Assembly: GCA_965227515.1 (NCBI GenBank)
Contig: CBDDFZ010000001.1
Location: forward strand, 128,001 to 192,000
DNA: 64,000 nt
Source of the DNA: Alphaproteobacteria bacterium
GTDB taxonomy: Bacteria; Pseudomonadota; Alphaproteobacteria; CALKHQ01
Reading direction: 5' to 3'
Shown here: positions 62,589 to 64,000 of the stretch, piece after piece
How positions within the stretch are numbered: position 1 is the first letter of the stretch
Layout: each line of letters begins with the position of its first letter
Translations under genes and position numbers: made by a program
The notes under the pieces: model-generated
Databases searched by the model: none
What the model was told of the DNA's origin: nothing
What the model saw: the letters and a program-made list of their open reading frames with translations, nothing else

Positions 62589-64000
62589 ATGTCCGCCGAT
62601 ATCGCCAGCGCCACAACCGAGCCTCGATATACCCGCCGCGACGGGCGCGGCATGCCGTTCGCCGGCGCGCGCCTGTGGCCGGTGGCGATCATCGTCGCCG
62701 CTGCCGTCCTGATGATGGTGCCGGTGCTGATCTACGGCCCGCCGAACGGGCACAGCCTGCCCTTCAACATCAACTGGCATCGCTTCTTCGCCGACCAGTT
62801 CTGGCAGGGCGACCTCTATCCGCGCTGGCTGGCCGACATGAACGGCGGGGCCGGCAGTCCGGTGTTCTTCTTCTACGCCCCGTTGCCGTTCTACCTCTCC
62901 GCCCTGGTGGACGGCGCCTGCGGCGGCTGCACGCCGTTTGCCAGCCTGGGCCTGAGCGGTGTGGCGCTGCTGGCCCTGAGCGGGGTGGCGCTTTACGGCT
63001 TCGCATGCGGCCACGCCGGCAAATGGGCAGCCACCATCGGCGCACTGGTCTACATGGGCCTGCCCTATCACCTGGAGGTCAATTTCTGGACCCGGCAGGC
63101 GATCGGCGAGTTCGCGCTCTATCCGTTGATGCCGCTGGCGCTGTTGTGCCTGGACCGGATGGCCGGCCGGCGCGCACCGGCCTGGGTGATCGGCCTCGCG
63201 CTCGCCTATGCCGCGATGGTGGCGACCCACCTGCCGGGCGCGCTGTTGTTCTCGCCGTTCCTGGCGCTCTACGGCGTCATGCGCCTGCGCCGGGTGCGCG
63301 CGCTGCTGGTCGCCGCCGGTGCCGTCCTGTGCGGCATCGGCATTGCCGGCGTCTACCTGCTGCCGGCGCTGACGCTGCAGGAGGCGATCACGCCCGAGGC
63401 GTGGTGGGCGGAGTATTTCCAGTACCAGAACTGGTTCCTGGCCTCGTTCGGGCCGACCGCCAACCCAGAGCTGACCAACCGGCTGACCTGGATCGCCGTC
63501 GCCGTGTCGCTGGCGGCCCTGATCGCGGTGATGCTGGCGCGCCGCGCCGGGCACGCGCAAGGTTTCGGGGTCTGGATCGTGGCCATCGCCGGCGCCTGGG
63601 TGCTGATGACCCCGGTCAGCCAGCCGCTGTGGGCGCACCTGCCACTGCTGGCCAAGGTGCAGTTCCCGTGGCGGGCGATGATCGTGATCGATCTCGCCGC
63701 CGCGGTGACCATCGCGATGGCGGTCGACCGGGTCTGGACCGGCCGGAAACCTGCCGACCGCAAGCGCTTGCCGATCATCGGCGTGGTGCTGGCCGGCGCC
63801 GTGCTGTCCGGCGCGCCCGCGTTCGGTCGGCTCGACCCGCTGATGGACCCCAACTTCATCGCCTTCCGCGACGAGGCGATCGCGCGCGGCGTCGACACCC
63901 GCGAATACCGCCCGGCTTGGGTGGGGCACGATGTCGAGGAACTGCCGTTGCTGCGCCAGCGGCTGGACGATCTGCCCCAGGGCTGGGCCGACACCGGCGA
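62589..64000 (+). CDS. Polytopic membrane protein, PTPS-related/YfhO-like (GT-C-like); 3'-truncated and absent from the ORF track
   Basis: Manual translation: GHSLPFNINW..FADQFWQGDLYPRWLADMNGGAGSPVFFFYAPLPFY, many TM helices, QFPWR; no stop seen before the window end. Confidence 0.75.
   Translation, partial: MSADIASATTEPRYTRRDGRGMPFAGARLWPVAIIVAAAVLMMVPVLIYGPPNGHSLPFNINWHRFFADQFWQGDLYPRWLADMNGGAGSPVFFFYAPLPFYLSALVDGACGGCTPFASLGLSGVALLALSGVALYGFACGHAGKWAATIGALVYMGLPYHLEVNFWTRQAIGEFALYPLMPLALLCLDRMAGRRAPAWVIGLALAYAAMVATHLPGALLFSPFLALYGVMRLRRVRALLVAAGAVLCGIGIAGVYLLPALTLQEAITPEAWWAEYFQYQNWFLASFGPTANPELTNRLTWIAVAVSLAALIAVMLARRAGHAQGFGVWIVAIAGAWVLMTPVSQPLWAHLPLLAKVQFPWRAMIVIDLAAAVTIAMAVDRVWTGRKPADRKRLPIIGVVLAGAVLSGAPAFGRLDPLMDPNFIAFRDEAIARGVDTREYRPAWVGHDVEELPLLRQRLDDLPQGWADTG

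Overview
High-GC alphaproteobacterial chromosomal window (Rhodospirillales-like gene order and proteins). It holds about 55 genes, one tRNA-Ala(GGC), and no recognisable integrase, transposase, phage gene or CRISPR array. Main blocks: (i) an ABC transporter + GdmH-type guanidine hydrolase + His-rich unknown protein (1-4442); (ii) Nit1/DUF1178, an RTX-repeat protein and a BMP-type ABC transporter; (iii) an aerobic benzoyl-CoA (box) region in which boxC, boxB and a FadB-like gene are separated by unrelated genes, boxA is absent, and a Liv-type ABC transporter is divergent; (iv) a stand-alone Cache/PDC protein, an MCP and a single-domain response regulator; (v) housekeeping genes (parvulin PPIase, argJ, GNAT-mutT, tupABC + regulator, tRNA-Ala, aroA-cmk-rpsA, argE, trkH, apaG); (vi) a surface/glycosylation-flavoured end (SH3-PPC protein, GT4, esterase, GT-C-like membrane protein). 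The intergenic DNA carries several palindromic repeat families. Two are CTAG/TAG-bounded, often share their ends with stop codons, and show inner segments flipped between copies. Short tandem duplications sit on four stop codons, and there is a 90-bp-period duplication of the tRNA 3' end. The best candidates for something undescribed are the His-rich partner of the guanidine hydrolase (possible non-HypAB nickel chaperone) and the flip-flop CTAG palindromic elements. All functional calls come from motif recognition by eye; no searches were run.
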